A stretch of 64,000 nucleotides of DNA from a virus (Duplodnaviria; Caudoviricetes), in IMG/VR virus record IMGVR_UViG_3300028388_004484, positions 414 through 64,413 of that record; one strand, written 5' to 3'. Each line of letters starts with the position of its first letter. The stretch's first letter is position 1. Of this stretch, positions 9,851 to 19,395 are shown one piece after another. The position numbers were made by a program, and so were the translations under genes. Under the pieces are notes generated by a model that made no database searches, was not told the DNA's origin, and saw only the letters and a list, made by a program, of their open reading frames with translations.

Positions 9851-12800
9851 ATGGAGCAAAGAAGAAACGATAAAGTAAAGCGGATCCTTTTTTTACTTAT
9901 CATGCTGGAACTTTTCGCGGTCGTTATTTTCGCGCAGGACCCGAGAACGCGACCCCTTCCGAAGCGACTTTCCCCGGCTTCGGCTTCCGGGCAGTTTATT
10001 ATCGCCGATGGTAGCCTGGATGGGCAATGGAATTCGGCCGTTATTTGGGATGGAACTTATCTTCTTCTTAACGGCGATACGGTCGCCGTTCTTCCCCTGG
10101 GCGCTATCGTCGAAATAGACGGCGACACAACAAACGAATTACAAATACTTTCGATTTCCGGGGATACGCTTACAATATCGGACGGGAATTCCGTTATACT
10201 GCCGGCCGGCGGCGGGGGAACCGATGACCAGACGCTTTCTTTGGTTGGAACAGACCTTTCAATCGAAAGCGGGAATACGGTAAGTTTAGCGGCTTTACAG
10301 GACGGAACCGGGACGGATGACCAGACGCTTTCCATTTCAAATGATACTCTGACTATCGAAAGCGGTAATTTTGTCGTTCTTCCGGGCGGCGGGACGGATG
10401 ACCAGACCCTTTCTTTAGTTACGAACACCCTTTCAATCGAAAGCGGAAATTCGGTCGACCTTTCGCCATATTTGGACAACACGGACGCGCAGACGCTTTC
10501 TTTGGGCGGGACGGTCCTTTCTATTACCGGCGGTAATTCCGTCGATCTGGCGCCCTTGCAGGACGGGACAGGAACCGACGATCAGGTTCTGTCGATCTCA
10601 AATGATACCCTTTACATTGAGGACGGGAACAACGTCGTTTTAACGCCCTATTTGGACAATACAGACGCGCAGGCCCTTTCTTTGGTGGGAACGGATCTTT
10701 CTATTACCGGCGGCAATACCGTCGACCTGGTAAGCTTGCAGGACGGATACTTGGGCGCTGATATTGCGGCGAATACGGCGACGTATGACGCAGGCGGAAC
10801 GGCTGATTTCAAAATAATTGATCCTGACAGCATTTACTTTGATATTGATGGCGCTGGTGGTGTTATGGACTATTTTTTAATGAGTGAAAGCGGCCTATAT
10901 TGGGGCGTTGGCAATACAGCTTCTTTCCGTTCTTACTTTTCAGCAAGTTCTACGGGAACGACGGTTTGGACGATTATCGGGTCAGATATGCAGATTAATA
11001 TGCTATCATCCGCAAGCGACTTTTCACTTACCGTGGGTGGGGATATTAACTTTGGGAATTCAAGCACTGACGCCATTAATATATATGGCCGTTATGCCCT
11101 TGCGAACGATTCGCCAAGTATTATTTCTGGGGATACGTCAGTAATGATTTGGCGCGGAACCGGGGCAACTACTATTTCAGAAATGATACTTTTGGATGAC
11201 CTAATATCGAGCGCAGGCACGGACGATCAGGTTCTGTCGATCTCAAATGATACGTTGAGCATTGAAAGCGGAAACTTCGTCGTTCTTCCTTCCGGCGCGG
11301 CCGATAATTGGGGAACGCAGTCCGTTATTTCATCTTCTTGGTTTTCCGGAACCGGCATAGTGGGCGACACCCTTGATTTAGCTCAAAACGGCGCTACTGC
11401 CGGCCAAACGATTAAATGGTTTGATGGCTTCGGATGGCTTCCGGGAATAGATAACAATACGAACCTAACAAACGAACAAGTCCAGGATTATTTCGCCCAG
11501 CTTTTAGTAGGAAATACGGAAACCGGCATTACGGTAACTTATGACGACGCCGGCGACCTTTTGAATTTTGAGGTAACCGGCGGCGGCGCGACCGGCGGCG
11601 GGATCTACGGAGGTGATGGCAATTTAGGGGCGGTTGGCTTCCAGGATTATTTGAGTGTAGGAATTGATTCTTCGCAAGTCCTTAGCTTCGAAATTGACGC
11701 AAGCCCTACCTTTTGGGGCGGTGGGCTAAGGATTTACACCGACTACAATAATGACGATGCGATTTCTACGGCCTTTAAGATCGCCACCCCTTCCGATAGT
11801 CTTTGGTTTGAACACTTCAACCAGGGAACGAAAATGGTTTACCAAACTCCTACTTCGCAGTACACCGATTTTAGTATAGAAGTTAAGCCGTCGACCCTGG
11901 CCGCTTCCGGCGGTCTTGACCTTAACGGCGGTTTAAACGTGGATTCCGTCGGGCTTGTGAATTTTTGGAACAGGACGACGACGCAAAGGGACCTTTTGCC
12001 GGCGTCCATTATCGACGAAGGAGATCTATTTTATAATACCACTTTAAGCGCCTTTCAGTATTGGGACGGTTCAGCTTGGGTAACATTCCCGGGCGGCGGG
12101 ACCGGCGGCATTTATAGCGGGGACGGTTCCTTAATTGAGGTTACCAGTGTAACCGTTCCGGCCAATGATTACCTTGAATTTTTAGTAACCCCGGGTCCTA
12201 CCAATCATGGAAAGGCGATCCATATTGACTTAGGTTCCCAAACTGACGATATGACTTCCATTCCCTTTTCGATAACGTCTAATAGCAATGATTCCCTTTA
12301 TTTTGAATTCAAGGATGTGCAGACGCCGACGATCGCCTACCAAGCCGGCGGCGGCAATGCTTTCGGCCTTGCTATTGACGCCCTGGGCGGTCCTTCTGCC
12401 GTAGCTACCCGGGGCAGCGGCTGGCTTGAATTGAACGGGTCAAGGGTTGACACGCTGGGCCTTTTCAAACCCCTTTCGGCCACGACAGCAACACGCAATA
12501 CATGGGGCGTGTCAAACGTCTGGCAGCCGACTTCTGGGTATATGTTCTATAATACGGACAGTCTAAAATATCAATACTACGACGGTTCTTCATGGCAAAC
12601 CTTCCCCGGATCAGGGGGCGGCACTTCCGGCGTTCAATCCGTTTCGGGTTCTGGCGCTATTTCCGTGGGCGGAACGGCCGCGGATCCGGTCGTATCATGG
12701 AATGCGGGCAATATTGTAATTAACGAGGCAATAGATTTTGACGATTACATTTTATGGTATGGCGCCCTTTCACGCCGGGCGACGGTCGACACCCTTTTAG

Positions 12801-13201
12801 GCTTTGATGTTTTTCAGTTAAACGGGGTTGACCTTGAAGTATCTCAACGCCTTGACGGCGACGCGACTTATTCCCTTAGTCTTATGCCTCTGGGCGTTGT
12901 TCCGCCGGCAAGTGATGTGAGCAACACGACGACTTTTACGGCTACGGCCGGAGAAATAAATTTGGTCGACGTAACAAGCGGCACCGTTTCCGTGACGCCA
13001 CCTGCCGGGCCGGCGGCCGGCGATCGTTTCGCCGTCGTAGATAGCCGGAATAATGCCGGAACAAACAACATCACAGTCAACTTTTCCGGGTCGACGCAAA
13101 AGCTTTGGGGGACCGTTCAAAACTATGTCCTAAGCACAAACGGGGAATACGCCGAATTTGTGTACATGGGCGCGAATACGGGTTGGATCCTTACTAAATA
13201 G
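9851..13201 (+). CDS. large signal-peptide-bearing tail fibre/adhesin-like protein
   Basis: KRILFLLIMLELFAVVIFA|Q; many DDQTLS/DAQTLS repeats; YNTT...FQYWDGSAW fibre motifs; C-terminal segment resembling T4 gp9/gp10-type modules. Confidence 0.7.
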   Translation: MEQRRNDKVKRILFLLIMLELFAVVIFAQDPRTRPLPKRLSPASASGQFIIADGSLDGQWNSAVIWDGTYLLLNGDTVAVLPLGAIVEIDGDTTNELQILSISGDTLTISDGNSVILPAGGGGTDDQTLSLVGTDLSIESGNTVSLAALQDGTGTDDQTLSISNDTLTIESGNFVVLPGGGTDDQTLSLVTNTLSIESGNSVDLSPYLDNTDAQTLSLGGTVLSITGGNSVDLAPLQDGTGTDDQVLSISNDTLYIEDGNNVVLTPYLDNTDAQALSLVGTDLSITGGNTVDLVSLQDGYLGADIAANTATYDAGGTADFKIIDPDSIYFDIDGAGGVMDYFLMSESGLYWGVGNTASFRSYFSASSTGTTVWTIIGSDMQINMLSSASDFSLTVGGDINFGNSSTDAINIYGRYALANDSPSIISGDTSVMIWRGTGATTISEMILLDDLISSAGTDDQVLSISNDTLSIESGNFVVLPSGAADNWGTQSVISSSWFSGTGIVGDTLDLAQNGATAGQTIKWFDGFGWLPGIDNNTNLTNEQVQDYFAQLLVGNTETGITVTYDDAGDLLNFEVTGGGATGGGIYGGDGNLGAVGFQDYLSVGIDSSQVLSFEIDASPTFWGGGLRIYTDYNNDDAISTAFKIATPSDSLWFEHFNQGTKMVYQTPTSQYTDFSIEVKPSTLAASGGLDLNGGLNVDSVGLVNFWNRTTTQRDLLPASIIDEGDLFYNTTLSAFQYWDGSAWVTFPGGGTGGIYSGDGSLIEVTSVTVPANDYLEFLVTPGPTNHGKAIHIDLGSQTDDMTSIPFSITSNSNDSLYFEFKDVQTPTIAYQAGGGNAFGLAIDALGGPSAVATRGSGWLELNGSRVDTLGLFKPLSATTATRNTWGVSNVWQPTSGYMFYNTDSLKYQYYDGSSWQTFPGSGGGTSGVQSVSGSGAISVGGTAADPVVSWNAGNIVINEAIDFDDYILWYGALSRRATVDTLLGFDVFQLNGVDLEVSQRLDGDATYSLSLMPLGVVPPASDVSNTTTFTATAGEINLVDVTSGTVSVTPPAGPAAGDRFAVVDSRNNAGTNNITVNFSGSTQKLWGTVQNYVLSTNGEYAEFVYMGANTGWILTK

Positions 13202-13228
13202 ATTTTTCAAATATTAAATTTTCATACT

Positions 13229-13582
13229 ATGAGTAGTAAAGTAGGAATTGAGCAAACGAAGGAAATGCGGGACTTCCTTATCGACCTTGCGAACCTTTTG
13301 GATAAGGAACTGGCCGACGGTTTCCAATGGCAGCAGGACCTCATTTCGACCGCATCGCTTTGGCGGTCCGGATATGCTGCCTTTGAAGGGGCGAAGGAAA
13401 TTCCCGCCGAATTTCTGGACATGGACGACCAGGAGCGCGCCGAATACATTTCCGGTTTTTCGCGCCTGGACATTCGCGACGATAAGGCTGAACAACTTGC
13501 CGAAGTCATTATGGAAGAATCCGCAAACATCTTCTTTTCGATCAAAAGAGTGGCGGACGCTATAAAGCAGGCAAAAGGATAA
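13229..13582 (+). CDS. hypothetical protein
   Basis: ORF followed by a UUCG hairpin. Confidence 0.6.
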   Translation: MSSKVGIEQTKEMRDFLIDLANLLDKELADGFQWQQDLISTASLWRSGYAAFEGAKEIPAEFLDMDDQERAEYISGFSRLDIRDDKAEQLAEVIMEESANIFFSIKRVADAIKQAKG

Positions 13583-13633
13583 CGGCAGGGCGCTTCGGCG
13601 CCCTTCCTATTTGGCAGCAAAAAGCAAGTTCCC

Positions 13634-14557
13634 ATGAACACCCGAATGACGCTGCCCGGAAGCTTTAAAAAGCACGGAGACTTTTTAAGGACCCTTTCTG
13701 AAAAAGATATTATCCGGATCCGGGAAGCAAAGGAACAAAGGAAAGGGATTTTTCGTCTTTTAATATTTTCAGACGCCCACGGCCTTTTAGTCGACCCAAA
13801 GGCCAGAGATTGTTTATTTGCCGTTATTCAAGAAAACGACTTCGACGAAATTGTCGACAACGGGGATACCCTTGACTTCCCTTATCTTTCCAACCATTCG
13901 AAAAAAATTAACCGGGTAAATGACGAAACGGATTTACTTCGTAATTACGACGAAATAAAGGAAATCGAATTTACCCGGCGGACCTTTTTCGAACCCCTTC
14001 GGGAAATATCATCGGCGAAGATCGTAAAACGGGACGGCAACCACGACGAAAGGATAACAAAGCCGAAGAAGTATTCTAAAGAACAACTGGAAAGGCTAAA
14101 TTCGATTTTCATCGCTTACGATTCTTCGAACTTAGGGCGGATCCTTCGACTTCCCGAATTAGGGGTCGAATACGACCCGGCGCCAATACGCAAATACTTC
14201 GATATGTTTTTTCTTGTTCACGGCCTTTCGGTTTCAAAGTATTCGGCCTATAAGAACCTGGAACAATATCACCGAAGCGGAAGCAGCGGCCATACTCACC
14301 GCCTAAATTCAACTTACGTTGAAAAGTGGGGGAAAACTATGTGCTGGATCGAAAGCGGATGCCTTCGATTAACGGAATCCGTGGAATATTTCCCTACGGC
14401 GGTAGTTGCAAATTGGCAGCAGGGTTTTGTTACGGTAACTTTCGACCTTCGGGAAGATCCGGAAAAGCCTACCTTTTACGCAAAAACGCACCCGATAATT
14501 AACGGAAGCACGGAGTATAATGGGAAGGTTTATTCTTATAGGGACTTCCGGAAATAA
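13634..14557 (+). CDS. calcineurin-like metallophosphoesterase
   Basis: DAH, GDTLD, GNHDE, HG and GHTH motifs. Confidence 0.85.
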   Translation: MNTRMTLPGSFKKHGDFLRTLSEKDIIRIREAKEQRKGIFRLLIFSDAHGLLVDPKARDCLFAVIQENDFDEIVDNGDTLDFPYLSNHSKKINRVNDETDLLRNYDEIKEIEFTRRTFFEPLREISSAKIVKRDGNHDERITKPKKYSKEQLERLNSIFIAYDSSNLGRILRLPELGVEYDPAPIRKYFDMFFLVHGLSVSKYSAYKNLEQYHRSGSSGHTHRLNSTYVEKWGKTMCWIESGCLRLTESVEYFPTAVVANWQQGFVTVTFDLREDPEKPTFYAKTHPIINGSTEYNGKVYSYRDFRK

Positions 14558-14582
14558 AAACGGCCCGGGAATCCCCCGGGCC
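14552..14582 (-). terminator. intrinsic terminator of the repressor transcript
   Basis: GGCCCGGG/CCCGGGCC stem; the A-run at 14552-14560 is the U tail on the minus strand. Confidence 0.75.
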
Positions 14583-14611
14583 ACTAAAAGCAAGTTAAAA
14601 TGAACATTATA
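14552..14611 (-). ncRNA. candidate antisense RNA in the repressor 3' UTR
   Basis: minus strand reads GUUCAUUUUAACUUGCUUUUAG directly before the terminator; complementary to lytic gene leaders. Confidence 0.5.
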
Positions 14612-14947
14612 TTAATGGTCATTTTCTTTTAATTGTTTTTTTAGACGGCGGATTTCTTCCCGAAGTCTTTTATTTTCCGCTTCCGGGTCATTAACATCTT
14701 TTAACAGCATCGGAACGTATGGCGTATCAAAGAATTCCGGATTAATTCCCAGCGCTTCCAACTTCGCTAAACGGGTTCTTATTAACCTGGAAAAGGCTGG
14801 GGCGGTTTCCGTGGCCCATGTGGAAACTCTGCTTTGGGTACGGTCTAAAAATTTTGCTATATCTGCCTGTGTTAACCCTTTTTTGTCTTTAAGGTGCATT
14901 AGGACAAGGTTTAATCGAAAGCCGGCTTCTTTGGTTTGATCTTTCAT
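14612..14947 (-). CDS. XRE-family HTH repressor (CI-like)
   Basis: GLTQADIAKFLDRTQSRVSTW HTH plus C-terminal coiled coil; the only convincing minus-strand gene; divergent from the replication operon. Confidence 0.8.
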   Translation of the reverse strand: MKDQTKEAGFRLNLVLMHLKDKKGLTQADIAKFLDRTQSRVSTWATETAPAFSRLIRTRLAKLEALGINPEFFDTPYVPMLLKDVNDPEAENKRLREEIRRLKKQLKENDH

Positions 14948-14995
14948 AGATTGCTACTTTCTATTCGTTTTATATGGAAACCATTGTAAAATGAG

Positions 14996-15023
14996 TATCT
15001 TTGTGGAATTAATAGCAAAGATA
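14996..15023. promoter_or_regulatory. pair of oppositely oriented Bacteroidota -7 boxes (genetic switch)
   Basis: TATCTTTG at 14996-15003 (+) and CAAAGATA at 15016-15023 (TATCTTTG on minus). Confidence 0.6.
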
Positions 15024-15056
15024 AGTTTTTTATAATAAAACATATAACTTAAGAAG

Positions 15057-15320
15057 ATGAAGCGGATTTATATCCTTTTTTTCGATAGCGGTTTTTCAAT
15101 GCACACCAGTAAGAAAAAAGCCCTTCGGGCCGTCGAAGAACGGCTGGAAAACCCACGGGTAAATGGTTTCAAGTTTAACTACCAGCGTCTTTGCGAAGCC
15201 CTTCCAAAAGCAAATCCCATCGGGAAGGTAACTATTAAAGGCGAAGATGATCGAAGCGCTTCGATCGTAATGGCGCCCTTGAATTACGATGTTTTAGTAA
15301 CTATTCCCGGCGAAGAATAA
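15057..15320 (+). CDS. hypothetical protein (first lytic-side gene)
   Basis: ORF divergent from the repressor. Confidence 0.6.
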   Translation: MKRIYILFFDSGFSMHTSKKKALRAVEERLENPRVNGFKFNYQRLCEALPKANPIGKVTIKGEDDRSASIVMAPLNYDVLVTIPGEE

Positions 15321-15340
15321 CGCATCTAAAAAGATATTAT

Positions 15341-15382
15341 ATCCGATTTATTTGATTTTTCGGATTTTTGGCACTAACTTAG
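15341..15382 (+). promoter_or_regulatory. class B promoter/operator ATCCG-N-TTTATTTGA-N5-CGGAT
   Basis: repeated at 18643, 27187, 30646, 30764 and 34508. Confidence 0.6.
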
Positions 15383-15404
15383 CGGTCCATTAAAAGCAAG
15401 AAAT

Positions 15405-16538
15405 ATGAAATGGACCGCTTCACTGCCGCTCGCGGCGATTTCCGTAAACTTTCCTTCCCTTACCGTAAAGGATGCCGTCGTTCTGGATTGGTTTACTTCA
15501 TTTGTCCATACCGGACGAATGGAATACAAAGATTCCGGCGGCCGTCTTTTTTATTGGGTGTCCTACGAAGAAATCATTACAGAAATTCCGATGCTTCGCT
15601 GGACAACTACGGATCCGGTTTACCGGGCTTTTCGCCGCATGGTTAAGGCCGGAATTTTTGATGCCCATCCGGACAATGCTAAGGAGAACAAAGCCTTTTA
15701 TGCTTTCGGGCCTGGATACGAAAAAATCAGGGCTTTCGATCCTATCGAATTTTTTAACGCTTTCGGCCGGAAAGGGACCCCCGGTCAAAATCAGGAAGAA
15801 CGCGAAGGGACCCCCGGTCAAAATAACGGCCGACCCCCGGTTAAAAAACCGGGTAATAATAATATAAGTAATATTAGTACAAATATAGTCCAAAACGATT
15901 TTGGACATCAATCTTTTGACCTTCCCGGAATCGAAGAAGAAAAAGAAGAAGGCGGCCCGGATCTTTTCGAAGGGGTCGATATATCCTTCGAAAGCTTTTG
16001 GAACGCCTACGGACGAAAGGAATCGAAGAAAAGGGCGAAAAGATCATGGAAGAACCTTCCTAAATATAAAAAAAAGTTGGCGATCGAAAAAGTCGCGCCT
16101 TACGACGAATTCCTTAAAGCGAATCCGTGGCGGGACAAGATGCTTCCTACGACCTGGATTTCCGGGGAACGTTGGAACGATGACTTTTCGACAAAAGCTT
16201 CCGGTTCTATTTCCGTTGAAGATTTAATCGACGTAGAAGCCGATGCGGCCCTTGTAAGGAGCTTTAAGGCCTTCCGGGGTATAGTCGCCGATAAGGCACC
16301 GGAAGTACTTTCCTGCGCCGGGCAATTAACGCTCAGTCAATATATCGAAGTCGCTACCGGTCGCGCCTTCCCGGGATATAAAAAGAAAATGACTACGGCG
16401 GGCTTAAAGTCGAAGATCCTTTCCGCGGTCGAAGCCATGGGAACTATCGACGCATATAAGGTCCGGCGCCCGGACTTTAAGATGATCGACTACCTAAAAG
16501 ACTACATTCTTTTTTCTGGAAAAAAGATTTACAAGTAA
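15405..16538 (+). CDS. replication initiator protein
   Basis: N-terminal wHTH-like region, central iteron-encoded linker, FESFWNAYGRKESKKRA...PTTWISGERWND domain typical of phage initiators. Confidence 0.8.
   Translation: MKWTASLPLAAISVNFPSLTVKDAVVLDWFTSFVHTGRMEYKDSGGRLFYWVSYEEIITEIPMLRWTTTDPVYRAFRRMVKAGIFDAHPDNAKENKAFYAFGPGYEKIRAFDPIEFFNAFGRKGTPGQNQEEREGTPGQNNGRPPVKKPGNNNISNISTNIVQNDFGHQSFDLPGIEEEKEEGGPDLFEGVDISFESFWNAYGRKESKKRAKRSWKNLPKYKKKLAIEKVAPYDEFLKANPWRDKMLPTTWISGERWNDDFSTKASGSISVEDLIDVEADAALVRSFKAFRGIVADKAPEVLSCAGQLTLSQYIEVATGRAFPGYKKKMTTAGLKSKILSAVEAMGTIDAYKVRRPDFKMIDYLKDYILFSGKKIYK
15774..15900 (+). repeat. replication origin: three iterons GACCCCCGGTYAAAA plus AT-rich element
   Basis: iterons at 15774, 15807 and 15832 followed by ATAAGTAATATTAGTACAAATATAG inside the initiator gene (lambda O-like layout). 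Confidence 0.75.
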
Positions 16539-16555
16539 TTCAAAAGCAAGTTGAA

Positions 16556-18634
16556 ATGACAGACTTTAAAAAATTCGCATTACGCTATTTTGATTCCGGC
16601 CACCGGGTTATTCCTATGAAATTTTCCCCTTCGGGTGATAAGGTGCCTATGGCGGCCTGGGGCAAATACCGGGAACGGCAAAGCCGGGAAGATGTCATCC
16701 GCGAATTCTCAAAAAACGGGATCGACGGCATAATGATAATTACCGGGGTTAATGGCCTTGAAGTAATAGACGTAGACCAAAAGTATGCTTTGCATCCGGG
16801 TCTTATGCTTAAGATGTTAGCGCACAATTCCGCTTTCGGTGGGATCGACGTTCAGCGTCTGGTCACGCAGACGACGAAAAACGGCGGATGGCATATTATC
16901 TACCGGACCGCGGCGCCGGGTCCTAATCAGGAACTTGCGCGCCGGCCGGCGACGTATAATGAACTCGCTAAGGAGAACGAAAAAGTTCGCGCCTTTAATG
17001 AAAGACTAAAGGCGGAACAATTTATGGGCAGGCGGACGCAGGAAAGCCTACAAAACGAGTTCAAAAGCCCGGCGGACCTTCCGAAGGTATTAATTGAAAC
17101 TCGCGGCCGTGGTGGATTGCTGGTCGTTCATCCTACACCTGGTTACGAAATAGATTCCGGCGACCTTTGCGATATTCCGAATATCGGCGAAGCGGACCGA
17201 ACCGCGCTTTTCCAGGCGGCCCGTGCCTTAAATCAGCAGGTTTCTAAAAGGGAACTTTCCATAATTGATACGGAAATAAACCGGAACTTCAAGCCGATGC
17301 CGGGTACGGAAGAAGGAACGCCGTGGAACGATTACAACATTAACGGCGATTGGAAGGATCTTTTAGAACGAAACGGATGGACCTTCAACCACAAGCGGAA
17401 GGATTCATCTACCGGCAATGATTATTACTACTTTACGCGACCCGGGAAGAAAACAGGGGTAAGTCTAGGATGGAACGACACCCGGAAGTTTTTTTGGGTG
17501 CATACTTCTTCGACCTTCCTTGAAAAGGACCGCGGGTATACCCTTACGGCGATGCGTGCGGCCCTTGAATTTCACGGCAATTACCGGGAAGCGTGCCGGG
17601 CGCTTAGAAAGGAAGGCTTCGGTAGCGATGACTACGTAAAGGTAACGGCCCAAACGAAAACAGATGTATTAGAATTGGGCCGCTGGCGGATAACGGACCC
17701 CCGGCCGGAAAACGTTTGGTTGTTGAAGATAATGGACCGCGGCGAATGGAAGCCGATAGGCGGCGAAGGGCAAATTATGGTTATCGACGGATACGAAAAG
17801 TCCGGCAAAAGTACTTTCGTCGGCGCCGTTTCCGGTTCTTCTTCAAACCCTGGGAAAGAAGTTTTGGGACTTAAAGCGACGGAAGCAATGCGCGGCCGGG
17901 CTGTTATAGACATAGATACGGAAATGGATGACCCTTCTTACGATTCTTCGCGGCGGATCCGGATGCACACGGCCGGTTTCACTAAGGAGATGCCCGAAAA
18001 TTACTATTCTTACAATCTTAGGGAAATGTTGACCGCGGCGGAACGGTGGGAACGTATTATGCAAATTGTCGAAGCCGTGCCGAACCCCGGCGTTCTTATT
18101 TTAGATGGCGGGATGGACCTTGTAAACAACCAAAACGACTTGGAAGAAAATCAACTTGTTTCGCGGCGGATCATGAAGATAGCTTCTAAATATAAGATGC
18201 TAGTGGTAGTTATTATCCATTTTTCGAAGTCGGGAACCGGCTTCGGCCACCTTGCCGGCTTCCTTAACCGGAAGCTGAATGTTCAGTTTACGATTTCAAA
18301 AGATGACGACAGGGAAGTAATGACGGTAACGAATCCGCGGATACGTGGTCAGCGTTATTTAGAAGCCTTTGATATTAAATGGTGCGACGGAAGGCCGCAG
18401 CGGGTCGATCATTTAATCAAAGAAGAAGAAGATTTTTGGACCGCTTCCGGCGTCGTCGATCCGGATAAGAACGGAAACGGCGCCCAGGAAGCCACACAGG
18501 GCGAATGGAAGCAGTTTTCCGTGGTCCCTTCCCTTCCCATTAACGGGAACGGAAAAGCGCATCACAACGGAAATAGCGTTCAGATTTCCAGGGACCGGGC
18601 GCCCGGATCCGACGAAATGATCGAATTCGATTAA
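16556..18634 (+). CDS. bifunctional primase-polymerase / P-loop helicase
   Basis: VIDVD, TTKNGGWHIIY, IETRGRGG..VVHPT prim-pol motifs; GYEKSGKS Walker A; DIDTEM; LILDG. Confidence 0.85.
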   Translation: MTDFKKFALRYFDSGHRVIPMKFSPSGDKVPMAAWGKYRERQSREDVIREFSKNGIDGIMIITGVNGLEVIDVDQKYALHPGLMLKMLAHNSAFGGIDVQRLVTQTTKNGGWHIIYRTAAPGPNQELARRPATYNELAKENEKVRAFNERLKAEQFMGRRTQESLQNEFKSPADLPKVLIETRGRGGLLVVHPTPGYEIDSGDLCDIPNIGEADRTALFQAARALNQQVSKRELSIIDTEINRNFKPMPGTEEGTPWNDYNINGDWKDLLERNGWTFNHKRKDSSTGNDYYYFTRPGKKTGVSLGWNDTRKFFWVHTSSTFLEKDRGYTLTAMRAALEFHGNYREACRALRKEGFGSDDYVKVTAQTKTDVLELGRWRITDPRPENVWLLKIMDRGEWKPIGGEGQIMVIDGYEKSGKSTFVGAVSGSSSNPGKEVLGLKATEAMRGRAVIDIDTEMDDPSYDSSRRIRMHTAGFTKEMPENYYSYNLREMLTAAERWERIMQIVEAVPNPGVLILDGGMDLVNNQNDLEENQLVSRRIMKIASKYKMLVVVIIHFSKSGTGFGHLAGFLNRKLNVQFTISKDDDREVMTVTNPRIRGQRYLEAFDIKWCDGRPQRVDHLIKEEEDFWTASGVVDPDKNGNGAQEATQGEWKQFSVVPSLPINGNGKAHHNGNSVQISRDRAPGSDEMIEFD

Positions 18635-18706
18635 AATATTTTATCCGCTTTATTTGATAATGCGGATAATATTCTTTATCATTGTGTCACATTAAAACCA
18701 ATAACG

Positions 18707-19120
18707 ATGAGCCTAGTAAACAGCATTAGAATTATCGGTAACCTGGGCAAAGATCCGGAAGTCCGAAACCTTCAAAACGGGGCGAAAGTCGCGAAATTTT
18801 CCGTCGCCACAACGGAACGCTTTACGAACGCGGCCGGCGAAAAGATCACAAACACCGACTGGCATACCGTCGTAGTTTGGCGGAAGCTGGCCGAAATCGC
18901 AGAAGCGCACCTTCGTAAGGGAATGAAAGTCGTAATAGAAGGTAAGATGAATTACCCCACATGGCAAGACAAAGACGGGAACACCCGCTACGGCGCCGAA
19001 ATTGTCGGCGACCGTTTCGAAATTATTAACTGGAACGATGCCGGCGGAAATGCTTCGGCCCCGGATCCGGAGCCGGCGGAAAAGGAAAACGTGGCCGCTG
19101 ACGACGATCTGCCCTTTTAA
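18707..19120 (+). CDS. ssb: single-stranded DNA-binding protein
   Basis: IIGNLGKDPEVR, TDWHTVVVW, C-terminal DDLPF. Confidence 0.95.
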   Translation: MSLVNSIRIIGNLGKDPEVRNLQNGAKVAKFSVATTERFTNAAGEKITNTDWHTVVVWRKLAEIAEAHLRKGMKVVIEGKMNYPTWQDKDGNTRYGAEIVGDRFEIINWNDAGGNASAPDPEPAEKENVAADDDLPF

Positions 19121-19128
19121 AGTAAAGA

Positions 19129-19395
19129 GTGATGCGGTTAATCGATGAAAATACGGCAAATGATCTTTTGGCGAAGGTCGAAAGTATAGAGTGTAAACTG
19201 ACTTTTGTTAAAGAGGGCGGCGCCCTGGAAATTCCAATGACGGAAGAAGAGGCAATAAGGGCTTTTGGGTTTAAAGAAAGGACCTTTAAGCAGTGGCGAA
19301 GGCAGGGCGCCTTCCCTTCTTACAAAATAGGTAAAAGCCACATTTTTGTTTTTGTTTCTGAAATCAATGAATGGATAAGAAGGCACAAAATATAA
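19129..19395 (+). CDS. excisionase-like HTH protein
   Basis: MTEEEA...KERTFKQWRRQGAFPSYKIG..F..SEINEWI. Confidence 0.7.
   Translation: MMRLIDENTANDLLAKVESIECKLTFVKEGGALEIPMTEEEAIRAFGFKERTFKQWRRQGAFPSYKIGKSHIFVFVSEINEWIRRHKI

Noticed and set aside
14600-14632. Plus-strand gene behind the perfect leader at 14586
   Set aside because: Only 10 codons, overlapping the repressor 3' end in antisense; the motif is better explained on the minus strand.
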